A DNA stretch of 62,274 bases, filler included, from Asterionella formosa (Eukaryota): NCBI GenBank assembly GCA_002256025.1. It is 19 parts of 19 records of this genome, joined end to end, with 100 filler letters (N's around TTAATTAATTAA, not from the genome) between each part and the next. Parts side by side here need not be neighbours in the genome. Positions count along the whole stretch, not along the records: positions 1 to 1,780 come from NKIB01001210.1; positions 1,881 to 30,406 come from NKIB01001211.1; 17 more parts are not named here. One strand, 5' to 3'. Each line of letters starts with the position of its first letter. The first letter of the stretch is position 1. A program made the position numbers and the translations under genes. Shown here one piece after another: positions 1-11,300 of the stretch. The notes beneath the pieces were generated by a model, which made no database searches, was not told where the DNA came from, and saw nothing but the letters and a program-made list of their open reading frames with translations.

Positions 1-1780
1 AATGCAAGCTGAACGATAGCTCCTCTGATCCAGACGAATGGTTCATTGAGCTCGATCTAATACAAAGCAAGATGATGGCGATCGACCCGTCATTTGAGAA
101 GAAAGAAATGGAAGTGATTGCGAACGTAATCGACAAGCTTCCAGTGGAGTACAGCGAGGTTGTTACAGTCGTCGAGGGCATGACAACAATCAGCCTCAAC
201 GAATTGAAAGGCAAGATCCGAGCATTCTACAAACGAAAGCTAAAGGGCACGAAGAACACAAAGGAGATCGCCCTATTCACGCAGAAATACAGAGGTATCT
301 GCAAGAACTGCGGCAAACAAGGGCACAAGGCCGACGTGTGCCGATCGAAAACGAACACAAGCGGAACGAATGCAAACGGTACGAACGAAAAAAATGAGAT
401 AAAGTGCTATAATTGCAATAAATATGTCGGGCATATTGCAAGAGACTACCCGGAACCAAAACGCGCACCACGCGGCGAGAAGAAAAAAGAAACCGGAATG
501 TACGTCGGAATGTGCGAGGAGATTACTGGTATGGAGGCGACGGACGATATCCCCGGTACCATGGACGTGACGCAGAAAGCTACTGAAGAACTCCTACGCG
601 TGTGTTTCGTCCCTACAATGGAAGACGAGTGGTACGAAGACCAATACTGCGCATCAAGCAACGGAACGGAGCGCTGGCTCGCGGACACTGGGGCTACCAC
701 GCACATCACTGTGACTGACGAATACATCACAAACGTCGAAAATGTCAACGTCTCGGTCATTGTCGGTGACGGTAAAGAGGTGGTATGCACGAAACGAGGT
801 GATATTCTGATTACCAACAAGACGTGCTCCATGTTACTACGCAAGGTACTCTACACTCCACACTTCCACAAGAACATCGTCAGCATCAGGCAATTTGTCA
901 AGAACGGAGGGTGCGAGGCACGCATGAAGGGGTCTGAGTTGAGTCTACATAAGGAAGGGTACGACAACGAACTAACCTTTTCTTGTGAGGATCAAGGCGT
1001 CCTCTACTACTTCAAGGGAAAACGTACCCTACAGTCCGAAACGGTCTTGTCTATTCACGACTCGACAACAAACCGTACACCTGATCCTACTCCAACGAAT
1101 ACCAAGACAGTGACGCAACTTCCTACGGCAAAAACTACCAAGAAACCAACGCAAATTGACATCAACGAGGCCCACGACAAATATGGCCACATCAGCGAGG
1201 CATCCCTTCGCGCAACGCTAAAGTCCCTCGGTATTGAACCTACGGGCAAGATTCAGTCGTGTGAAGGCTGCGCACTAGCTAAGGCAAAGGCCAAAGCGGT
1301 ACCTAAAGTCACGACCCTCAAGGCCTCTACTCCTGCTGAACGATTGTACGTGGACATTTCAGGTCCCTACAAGAAATCTCTAATTGGAAGCAACTACTGG
1401 ATTCTATTTGTGGATCAGTACACAGGCAAGGCATGGAGTTATTTTGTTAACAAGAAGAGTCTTTTGGCGAGCATCGCGGATGCCCTACTGACTACACTCA
1501 AGTCAGCGGGCTATGTAGTACGCTTCCTACGCTGCGACAACGCCGGTGAAAATATGACCAGTCTAAGTATCGTCTGCACCACGCAGGGTATTCAGATTGA
1601 GTATACTGCCCCCCATACTCCTCAACAGAACGGAGTCGTGGAACGAAAATTTGTGACGATACGAGACCGAGCATGTGCCTCCATGTTCAGTGCAAAACTG
1701 TCAGACGAATACCAGGGGCTACTGTGGGCCGAGAGTGTCCACATGCACACGCGACTAACGAACTCTGTCGCTAACTCGAA
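1..1780 (+). mobile_element. Ty1/copia LTR retrotransposon gag-pol fragment (Gag, zinc knuckles, protease, integrase), cut by contig ends
   Basis: ORF 72-1780 has CKNCGKQGHKADVC knuckle, WLADTGATTH protease, HDKYGH..CEGC zinc motif and integrase core LYVDISGP / LRCDNAGE / QQNGVVERKF; integrase directly after protease is the copia order. Confidence 0.95.
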
Positions 1781-1880
1781 NNNNNNNNNNNNNNNNNNNN
1801 NNNNNNNNNNNNNNNNNNNNNNNNTTAATTAATTAANNNNNNNNNNNNNNNNNNNNNNNNNNNNNNNNNNNNNNNNNNNN
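1781..1880. other. Artificial contig linker N44-TTAATTAATTAA-N44 (first of 18)
   Basis: Same 100-nt spacer at 30407, 32289, 34168, 36047, 37925, 39803, 41679, 43558, 45432, 47306, 49173, 51045, 52917, 54789, 56661, 58533, 60404; the core gives stops in all six frames. Confidence 0.99.
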
Positions 1881-2020
1881 AACAGTTAAAACTTCACATG
1901 AAACCGTTAAAAGTAATCTTTTTTACGTGAAGAGTGGCATTAATGCATGTGAAGTACCACATAATTAACACTCATACGTAGACGAAATTTCGAAAAGTGG
2001 CGTATTTCGTGGCTTAGATG
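1881..2020 (-). repeat. CATCTAAG-type element terminus with part of a subterminal repeat unit (reverse orientation)
   Basis: Reverse complement reads CATCTAAGCCACGAAATACGCCACTTTTCGAAATTTCGTC..., matching 27402, 27684 and 45129. Confidence 0.85.
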
Positions 2021-4787
2021 TGGGTGACAGCAGTACTTAAATTTTTATCTATAATTGTATATAATTTTATATACCATTATGATCACGGATTACCCTGTTT
2101 GGTTTTTGCAAAATTATTTATAAGAATTTTCGCATCCAATATTTTTTTCACGATCACACACAAATGTATTCAGCCCATTAAATGCTTGTGCCTATCAACA
2201 CCACTGCAATATCGCCCTCATCCCTACTAAGCTCCTGCCCTTCCACAAGCACAACATCAAGAGGCCGAATTGGATATGGAGAATACTTTTCTCCAAGGCA
2301 ACAAGTCTCCAAATATCTTGCCAAAAAGTTCCGTCTGGTTATTGGAAGCGGCGCATCGCCGTTGCGCCTGTACCATGTCACCACTGTTTTCAGTTCAGCT
2401 ACGTTGTAGCTTCCAGCTTCCTTTCCAGTCTCTCTGATGGCCTGTACCCTCTGTGACAATTCAAAAAACCGTTGATTCAATTTCTGATCCTTGTTTAATC
2501 CTGGATTTCATGCCGGCGTTTGATTTCCAGCATATGCATGCTCAAAAAGCGGTGGTCCTAGACAAGTGTTTCCAACAGCAAAGTGCAGTCCTGCGGTCAT
2601 TCGTTTGTGTGTGTGTCGATTGCTGCTTGTGCTGTTTGTTTTCTTTTCCTGGCATGTTCTGCTGCATCATTTCCATTTCGCACATCTTCTCTGTTTATGT
2701 ATTCAACGATTTGATTTGTAAGAGTTCCTGAAAGTCCTTCTTGCAGGTTGAGCTGGTCAGGTGTAATAGAGGTTCTGTTGCTGTGTGAGATTCTATTCAA
2801 TGGGACAACACTAAATTTTGTCAGCTGTATTTCAGGATTCAACAAACAATTATACTTCAAAGGTCCCTAGCCTCGCTCTGCTACCGCTTTTTTGTTTGTG
2901 CGTAATCTCGCAAAACTTTTTTCCCAAGCATGTGCAACAATTCCAACTACATCTGTCTTCTCAATTGCAAATGGAAGATGGTGGTACAAAGCCTTCTTGG
3001 TGAGTAAGTCTCTCTTTGCTTGTGTGAGGTGCATCTTGAAACATCCATTCTTTTCTGTCGAATCCCCAACTTGCCAGTATGATTTTCCATAGGGGACCCC
3101 AATACACACATGCCATGGATAGAGAGGACTATTGATGTATTCAAGGAAGGCCAGGTCGAAGCGGGATCCATGGCCATCAGCAAAAGGAAGGGTGGGATGC
3201 CATCTGACCGATCAAATATGTTTGATGAATCAATTTGTTTGAGCATTGCAGCCAGGAGTTCAGCAGTGATGGATCCAGAGTCCGAGCAGCAACACTAGTG
3301 GGCATGGTGGTTCCATTTAGCATGCATATTGGTCCCTGTGGGTAGCGCTTGCCAGGTCCAGTGTTGGCAGGAATATTGTCAGGAGTTCCAATCCATTCAG
3401 CAAAGGGATCAAGTCCTTGAACCCAACCAATCTCCAACTGTTTTGCGGCGAAAATAATTGCACACATTACAGGGTAACCGTCAGCAGAAGTGAATCCTAA
3501 CACAGTGAAATGGGCATCCTTGAGAGCACTTCGTTGTTGCGGTCTTCCAGCTGCATTGACCAAAAACTTCTCACCCCCAATCTGTCCATCCTTTGCCTGA
3601 CTGGTGTTGCTTCCAACTTCGTCAACAAAAAGCAGCTTGTCTGGTCTTGTCAATTTATATTTTGTTTGCAATCCAAATGCCTCCCCTTCACTTTCAACCA
3701 CATCATCTTCCTTGTCAAACCACACTTCCTGCTCCAGCTCCTCAGCAATCTTTCCCATCACCATCTCCTTGTAAATGTCGGCATACATTGCTTCGAAGTT
3801 CTGATAGGTACACCAGTCCGCACATTTGCTGTGAAACTTAAAACCTTTTTTTGCCTTGACATTCAGCCCATTCCGCTTCATGAATCCTCGCCAGTGCCCC
3901 TTTCCCAACTCCTTCGTTGGCTGCTGCTCATCCCTGAATGAAATACAATGCTTAAGACGCCAGATTTGAATGTTTTCCATTATCGACTTTCCATTTACAA
4001 GTGAATTTGCAAGTTGCAGTCCCTCTCGGCATGTGATGGGCGAACGCATTTTACCCAGCTGATCAATGAGCTCCACAATGTAAGGTTCCACTTCAAGCAT
4101 AGGTGAGATGCGAGCTGTGTTTGTTCCTTGATTCTTTTTTCTTTTTGCATGTGTTCTAACTGTTTCGAAATTAATATTGACAGCAGGAGGAATACCAATC
4201 ACCTCCTTTTCTCTCAATATTATACAGGTAAGTGTATTTCTCTTCACTCGTGATTCTCCTCCTCCTCCTTTTTCTTTTTCCTCTTCTCTCACCCTCATAT
4301 ATTCTGCTGCAGAATTGGAAATACATTCTTTCACTTTTTCTGCCATGATGGAGCTGGCTACTGCAGTTGTTCCCTTTGGATGACCACCATAGGGCAGGGT
4401 TGTAGTGGCAGAAATGGTGCTGCTGCTTTCAGTTGATGCAGCATTAGTGCTGGCAGGAGGCAAACTAGAACTTGCAGACATTCTAACCCCAACATTTTTG
4501 TATGCAGCTGCGAATATCATATAACAATGAATCCTCAAAACATGGGGTAATCCGTGTTCTGGCAATATTTTCGTCGATTGCACTTTTCAACCAATATTTT
4601 AGGAGAACCTAATTGCTATAAACTTATATCTAATGACATAGCCTTAAAGCGTACATGCTCAAGATTGGGATCGAAGTTTTAAAATTAACAAATCTGCATT
4701 TGGGAGGGTCAAACCGTGTTTTTCTCCTGTTCAGTGGGACACAGCGGTTCCAAATTTTTTTAGTGGGTCACAGCAGTTTTTTACTGG
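2021..4787 (-). mobile_element. Decayed pogo-like (Tc1/mariner superfamily) DNA transposon
   Basis: Broken transposase across ORFs 3177-4583, 2947-3246, 2867-3109, 2597-2860, 2178-2480 with LLFVDEVG, FTVLGFTSADGYPVMCAIIF, WQVGDSTEKNGCFK; probable end TA|CCAGTAAAAAACTGCTGTGACCCAC at 4787; the GTGGGWSACAGC motif recurs at about 2020, 4735 and 4763. Confidence 0.8.
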
Positions 4788-5335
4788 TACCTCTTAAATG
4801 GAAAAGCACATATTGTGTACAGGCACATCTGCTTCTGGAACTGGTACCAGTACCTGGTACCGGTGTGATATCATATGTGAGGATCTTGCAAGTTCATGAG
4901 GTCATCATTCGAGTGTCCAGCCAAGTTGACAATTTTGTACTAAGCACGTGTAGACGTGTATCAGACATTTTCGACTACCAGTACATTTAAAAGTCTCCAC
5001 AGTCGAATGGGTTTGGTTTTACGCCAGTCGGCCTACCGTTGGATACGTTGAGTTAGAGCCTGCTCACATTTCGGATTCAAAAGGAATGATAGTACATTCA
5101 CATATTGCCATAGTCTATCAGCAAAAACGAATCAAGTAGCTAGACAATATTCTTCATTTATGCAACTACGGTACGGTAGTATTACATAAATAGGATCAAA
5201 AAGCGAACAAACGACAAGCAAGACAAATCATATTTATAAGAAAAAAATTCCATTTTTGTTTACAGATTGCTGTGGTGGCACCAACACAATATCAAGTTCC
5301 TTGGAAGCCTACACATAGTGACGGTGGAGAGTGAC

Positions 5336-8182
5336 ATGACGGGACGGATAAATCCAAGACTTCGACCGCAGTACAACACCATGTACAGTCCACCTCATCT
5401 ATCCCTTCGTCATTCCAAAGACATCTCAGGCAGCAGAAACAGAATGTCAAAAATACTGGACAAGTTTGCAAAACGCAAGGCTCAAAAGTACAACCAAAAG
5501 GATTCCCGAGAGGATCAAAGCATGGATGACGAAGCTGAAGTAGCAGCAGAACGCACCGCCGCCTCTATTGAAGCACTTGGCTATGATCTAGATTGTGAAT
5601 CGTATTTTTCTCTCGAGTCCTCAGACAATAACGATCGGTACCTTCTGCCTACTACTAGTTCTTTAGACTCTTTTGACAGTGTATTAGAAGTGCACTCGTA
5701 TTCGTCGCCCGAGATGGAAGCAACGGGCAGCGACGATACTGGCCTGGTGGAAGAACGAGATAGAAATTCTCTCGATAACGTGCCTTCTATCCAGCAAGAC
5801 AACGATTTTGATTCGAACAACTTCATGTCAGGGCTTTGCTCAAGTGGTGGAGCTCATAGTGCCGACTTGTGGGAAATGGCCGACTACACGAATGAAATCA
5901 ATAGGTCGATATACACAGCTACTTGTCATTCAATCGGCTTGCCGGATATAGAACGCACTAGCTCATCCGTTACAGATTCGATGTGCTCGGATTACCAACG
6001 GAGTAGGAAAGACCGTATCCCAAGAGTTCATTCGGCGTCGTCAAGTAATCCGGATAAACTATTTGGCACCAAGGCAAAAAATGAACATACATCGAATGAA
6101 TTGACCATACCAACTGATACTCGAGTTGACGACACGAACGAAGACTCCATTGGCGTTCAGGAGACTATCGAGGAACGGGCCGATGAGCAGCATGTGCTGC
6201 CAGTAATTTCGGTCCCGTCTGTTACATGTGCCTCTCCTCCAGAGCAAGCAAACTCCAAATGTCGGGATAAACCTACGCTTTTCAAAAAGTGGATGAAGAG
6301 TCCCTTTAGAAAACGCACGTCGCATCACGGATCTCTAAAAGTTACATCATCCACTGAGACAGAAAACAAATCTTCCTTACTTTTCACTGACGAAGAAGAT
6401 ACCGGACCCCAAGATCAAGTATTCCCTGAAGGTGCATGCGAATTAAACGATAGTGATAGCATAATTGTCAACATGAAAGGCTCCAGTGGCATTGATATGG
6501 CAATAGAAAAAATTACTGGTCAAATTCCACTGAACAGTCTAACTGCCAAATCGAGCTTCATGAAGTTTTCTCCGAACGGTTTAAAGGGAATCGCTGCATA
6601 TGGTACGCTGAAGAGTCTCAAGAAGCTGGCAAACCCAAGAAATGAAAAAAGTTCGGGTCAATACAATGAATTCATAATAGAACCCACGCATGAGAATGGG
6701 TCAGATGAATTTGAGATTTGCCTCGCCTCGGTGCCTAAAATTGGTCACAAGCAAAAGGAAAAAGACAGGAACAAGTCTTCCAATTCAGCCCCGTCACTTT
6801 TCCTACCATCAATTGGTGAAGGACATGAAGGCGATGGATCGGAGAGTATTGATCAAATCAAAAACGAAGAAGTGAAGAATGGAGGAGATGTGAATCCGCT
6901 CGAGATCTCTGACCCAAGAAATGAAAAAGTTTCGGGTCAATACAAAGAATTCATAACAGCACCCACGCATGAGAATGGGTCAGATGAATTTGAGATTTGC
7001 CTCGCCTCGGTGCCTAAAATTGGTCACAAGCAAAAGGAAAAAGACAGGAACAAGTCTTCCAAGTCTTCCAATTCATCCCGGTCACTTTTCCTACCATCAA
7101 TTGATGAAGGACGTGAAGGCGATGGATCGGAGAGTATTGATCAAATCAAAAACGATGAAGTGAAGAATAGAGGAGGTGTGAATCCTCTCGAGATCCCTGC
7201 TGTGCAATGTAAGCCCATCACTAAACCAATAATCCTCTCAGCCGATTCAACAGAAACAGAGGAAGCATCTTTGGGCAAGTGGCTTGGCGCGAAAAATGGA
7301 AACAACGAGCCGAAGAGAGACAACGTATGGATGGTTTGTACGCCAAACTCATGCGCGGAGGATCAACCAGAAGACGCAGGTAGCGTTGAATCGTTAGAAA
7401 CAGAGGGAGACAATGAATGGATGGTTTGTACTCCAAACTCATGCGCGGAGAATCAACCGGAAGACGCAGGTAGCGTTGAATCGTTAGAAACAGAGGGAGG
7501 CAATGTCTGGATGATTTGTACTCCAAACTCATGCGCGAAGGATCAACCAGAAGACACAGTTATCGTTGAATCGTTAGAAAGAGAGGAGCAATCCTGTGAG
7601 CGATCGTTGTGGAAACGGCTTGGCGCACAAAATAAAATGAAAAGACCAGAACCCCTTCCATTAGTGATGACGTGTACATTGAAAAACCCCATGGACGATG
7701 ACACAGAAGACGCAGTTAGCATTCGACCAGGTGAAGAAGCTAAGGCAAAAAAACCGGCCATTCGTTTCACAGTCCGCTTTCTGTGCTGTGCCTTTGGCAC
7801 TCCGAGAAGTATAGTCAATAAAGCAAGCGAACCTGCAACAGAAACAGACTTCCATTCGAGCAGAAGCGAATCAAGCGATTACCAGGAGGATTTTGAGCAT
7901 CATAAACTTGTCGATGCCGTGTCTGCGCTTTCAACGAAATTCTCAGAAGCCGTAATCCGTGAAATTGCGGGACTTCAGGCGAAAGATGACGTTTCCGTCA
8001 GTTCATTAGTTAAGGCCGTAAGGGCAATTAAGCAACATGCCGCCATCAACGGAGTAAACGAGAATGAACTTGTCCAAGCGCTTGCCTATCGGACTGAACA
8101 GCGCGAAAGCAAGGACTGGATGATGGAGGTTGGTGAGGCAACAGATGAGTTCTTTGACCAAGTCGCGGACTATATCAGATAG
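5336..8182 (+). CDS. Acidic, Ser-rich hypothetical protein (about 950 aa) with internal duplications; ATG at 5336 or 5444
   Basis: 2.9-kb uninterrupted ORF with no recognisable domain; the TTG start in the ORF track is unlikely in a eukaryote. Confidence 0.8.
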   Translation: MTGRINPRLRPQYNTMYSPPHLSLRHSKDISGSRNRMSKILDKFAKRKAQKYNQKDSREDQSMDDEAEVAAERTAASIEALGYDLDCESYFSLESSDNNDRYLLPTTSSLDSFDSVLEVHSYSSPEMEATGSDDTGLVEERDRNSLDNVPSIQQDNDFDSNNFMSGLCSSGGAHSADLWEMADYTNEINRSIYTATCHSIGLPDIERTSSSVTDSMCSDYQRSRKDRIPRVHSASSSNPDKLFGTKAKNEHTSNELTIPTDTRVDDTNEDSIGVQETIEERADEQHVLPVISVPSVTCASPPEQANSKCRDKPTLFKKWMKSPFRKRTSHHGSLKVTSSTETENKSSLLFTDEEDTGPQDQVFPEGACELNDSDSIIVNMKGSSGIDMAIEKITGQIPLNSLTAKSSFMKFSPNGLKGIAAYGTLKSLKKLANPRNEKSSGQYNEFIIEPTHENGSDEFEICLASVPKIGHKQKEKDRNKSSNSAPSLFLPSIGEGHEGDGSESIDQIKNEEVKNGGDVNPLEISDPRNEKVSGQYKEFITAPTHENGSDEFEICLASVPKIGHKQKEKDRNKSSKSSNSSRSLFLPSIDEGREGDGSESIDQIKNDEVKNRGGVNPLEIPAVQCKPITKPIILSADSTETEEASLGKWLGAKNGNNEPKRDNVWMVCTPNSCAEDQPEDAGSVESLETEGDNEWMVCTPNSCAENQPEDAGSVESLETEGGNVWMICTPNSCAKDQPEDTVIVESLEREEQSCERSLWKRLGAQNKMKRPEPLPLVMTCTLKNPMDDDTEDAVSIRPGEEAKAKKPAIRFTVRFLCCAFGTPRSIVNKASEPATETDFHSSRSESSDYQEDFEHHKLVDAVSALSTKFSEAVIREIAGLQAKDDVSVSSLVKAVRAIKQHAAINGVNENELVQALAYRTEQRESKDWMMEVGEATDEFFDQVADYIR
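6633..7196 (+). repeat. Intragenic tandem duplication, 279-bp period, 2 copies
   Basis: PRNEK..GQY.EFI..PTHENGSDEFEICLASVPKIGHKQKEKDRNK occurs twice with near-identical DNA (starts 6633 and 6912). Confidence 0.95.
7321..7585 (+). repeat. Intragenic 90-bp (30-aa) tandem repeat, 3 copies
   Basis: N(V/E)WM(V/I)CTPNSCA..QPED...VESLE at 7321, 7411 and 7501. Confidence 0.95.
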
Positions 8183-8336
8183 ATCTAGCCCAGCCGCACT
8201 AAGAAGTTTCTCTCGCCATGTAGTGTAATAATAGAAGGGGGAAATACATATATTTATATATAAATATTCTTAGTTGCTTTGGTGTGGGGTACACATTATA
8301 CTTTGGACTATGATTCACCTTCAGGCGATAAAGCAG

Positions 8337-11300
8337 TTAGGTCGAAGCCCTTGGGAGCTCATTCGGTGGCACTTCGTTGGAAATACGCTCGATCAACTTG
8401 TGCATTTCTCTACATATTCCTTCATCCGAAACATGCAGGCATGAACTAAAGATAGGGAGGAGATCATTAAGCTGCAAAACGGCGTGTGTATCAATAGTAT
8501 TGAAGCCTTCAATGAGATCTCTAACAAGCACAGTTAATAACTCAATATGTTTTTCATTCCAACGCATGGGTATGCCATCCTCAGCCGAAACAGTTCGAGA
8601 AGTATCATTCTCCAAGTAAACCATCACAAGAGACTGAGTTTGCTCTCGGATGACGCTTAGAGATGAAGAAATGTTTGTCGAACTCTTGCTTTGGGTCTCA
8701 TCAATTAATACCAATTGAAGTAGAAGTTTGTTCAACCATTTTCGTCCATAGACGGCATTTTCGAAATAGTTTGGTGGTGAGATTTCTGGCGAAGCGAAAG
8801 TAGAATATTGCGTTAAGAGTTTTGCAGCGTCATCCCACTCACGAACGGCTCGTCCAAGCCCTGTTGTCAAAAAAAGCCGCCATCGGATTCCCATTGAAAC
8901 AGAGTGATTAACATCTGTTAAAAGGGATCCGATGACATGTGCAGCATTCCCTCCAATGTACCTTCGGTCTGACAGTAATCGTTCTTCGGAAACAAACTCG
9001 AGAATATAATCCGCAGCGTCCCTGGCCTTCGATGCGCTGCTTATGTCGTCACTCTGATCAACAAGTGAGCTTGAAGAATTCTCTTGCGCATTAATCATTG
9101 ATGAACTACGCGAGAATGAAGGCGGAAGACCTCGAACAGACAAGCAGCGACGAAGCATGTGACAAACCGTGGCCCACGTATCATCGGTTGTCTTTTGTGT
9201 ACCAAGATCACTGGTAACGAACAGTTGCAATCGGCGCAGGCCACGAACAGCAAGGGCTCCAGAATCAGATAAAAGGCAACTATTGAGCATAGCGAAGACT
9301 TCTTCAATCAAGCTGTCGTCCCTATACATTTCAATTGATCGCATGCAAATGGCGATGCAGCCGTCCATGAAATGTTCAAATGTAGTTTCGAGCCAAGTCG
9401 TGTTCCTTTCCTTGGGAGGGAAAGCAGTAGGTTTCGTTATAAATCTCTCGAAATCGCTAGGGAGTGGAGGCATTGGACCAGACCGCGCGTCGATCTCTGC
9501 ATGTTCCAAGACGGGGGTGAGGACACCCCGAAAAATTAGTTGGAGAGTTTGCAAATTTCCATCATTTGAGGCACTGCTATCTGACGTCATTGCTTCCGGG
9601 AGAAAATGCTGATTGATAATGCCCAACAATGTCATGAGACTCTTCAAACGAACTTGTTCCCTTGGGTCTCCTGTAGATCTGGCCAAACCCAACAATATTG
9701 GCCACCATAATTCAAGTTCATCATTTGCCTTAGCATCCTGATGTGGAGGTTCGCATGCCTTCCCTGTGTTTTGGAGATGCGTCATCCGTGTTTTGACAAG
9801 AGGGAGTGCAAATGAATCATCGGCGAGGAATGTTGAGAGTGTGACCAAATGGTCAATGGATACGATACTCATGTCTTCGTGAGGGCCGCTTATGTACATC
9901 AAAAGCGCATCAACAAGGTCAACAAATCGATCAGATAGCATTGTTCCAGCCCTTGGCTTAATGCTACCGCCTCTATCTTTATCCAGGGATAAGCATTGAC
10001 GAAGCTGTCCAGTGAGCATCGTGAAACCCATATTCGCAATAATCACATTTCGGTCTCGTCCTGCAAGCCCAAGGATTGTGAGAATGGGCCTCCAGCCGCT
10101 CTTGAGAGTGCCTCTGGGCTTCGACTGTGAGTCTAAGCAACCATTCTCATCCTCTGTTATGTCAGACCCAAACATGAGAATAATCCGTTCAACACACTTC
10201 AGTAATAGCTCCTTGATACTGTCATGTTGGCAGCGAGCCATAACGGTTTCGAGAGGCTTCAAAAATTTGCGCTGAAACTGAAATCCACCAAGTTCTTCTC
10301 GCTGAAGATATTGAATGCTCAACTGCCTAAAGGAGTCGACGGCGTACATTGCAACTGCAGCATTCGAGTGCAGTGAGGTACTTGTCAAATGACCCGCAAT
10401 CAAAGTCCAAATGTCAGAAAATACCAATCTTGGTCTCGAATCCATGTTGTAGTGAGTGACTTCAACCAATTTCTCGAGTTGGAAAATATCAGGCTGAGCG
10501 TAAAAGGAGGTGTCTGGATTAGTTCGGAGAGTGTGCTGCTGACGATAGTGAACCGATGACAAATCTATGGTGTTCGCTTCGCTACCAACATGCCCGCCAT
10601 AGCCCGCGATTTGCATTCGTGACACACGGCAAAGCTGAAAGATAAATTCTTTAATAGAAGGTCCACTCAATGACGACGAGCGCTGATAAATGGCTTCAAG
10701 GATTGACTCAGATATAGCATCGTAAACAATTCGAGCATTTGCTTCATCAATTTCGTGCCTGTCCATATCTTCTTCAAACAGGTAATCTTCGTCTGCAAAA
10801 ACGCCCTCGTCAGTCAAATCATCATCGCTTTCTGTAGCGGAAGTTTCGTCCTCGCCTAATCCCTCTTCGATGGATTCACCCGTCTCAATGGCCATCGTGC
10901 GCGCTTTGCGGTCAATCCGTTTCTGCTCCATTGCTTCGAGCCGCTTCCTTCTCTTCTCGGCCGCAGCTGCTGCTGCTCTGTCATTTCTAGCCATAAGTTG
11001 AAAGAGCTCGTGAAAGCGGTGAACTTCGCTGAGAGCTTTGAAAACATGCTCCCAGGTATTACCGAGTAACTCGCCGTCATCGCGGCCGAGAACAAGAAGA
11101 GTTTGGACGCATCGAACATGGCGAGGTTCTAAGAGATCTCCAGTTCCAAGGTGAGTAAAGCGGGAAAGTGCGAGCATGAAGGCGTCTCGGGCAGTCTCAT
11201 TTCCACAGAGGCCAGCTGTACAAATAGCAAATCTAAACCCAGTGAGACAAACCTCTATGGTTTCCGCAGCATTTTCGGCGGCCAATTCGAGTTCCTCGTC

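Noticed and set aside
1825..1836. TTAATTAATTAA as a recurring regulatory palindrome
   Set aside because: Always centred in N runs; it is the synthetic linker
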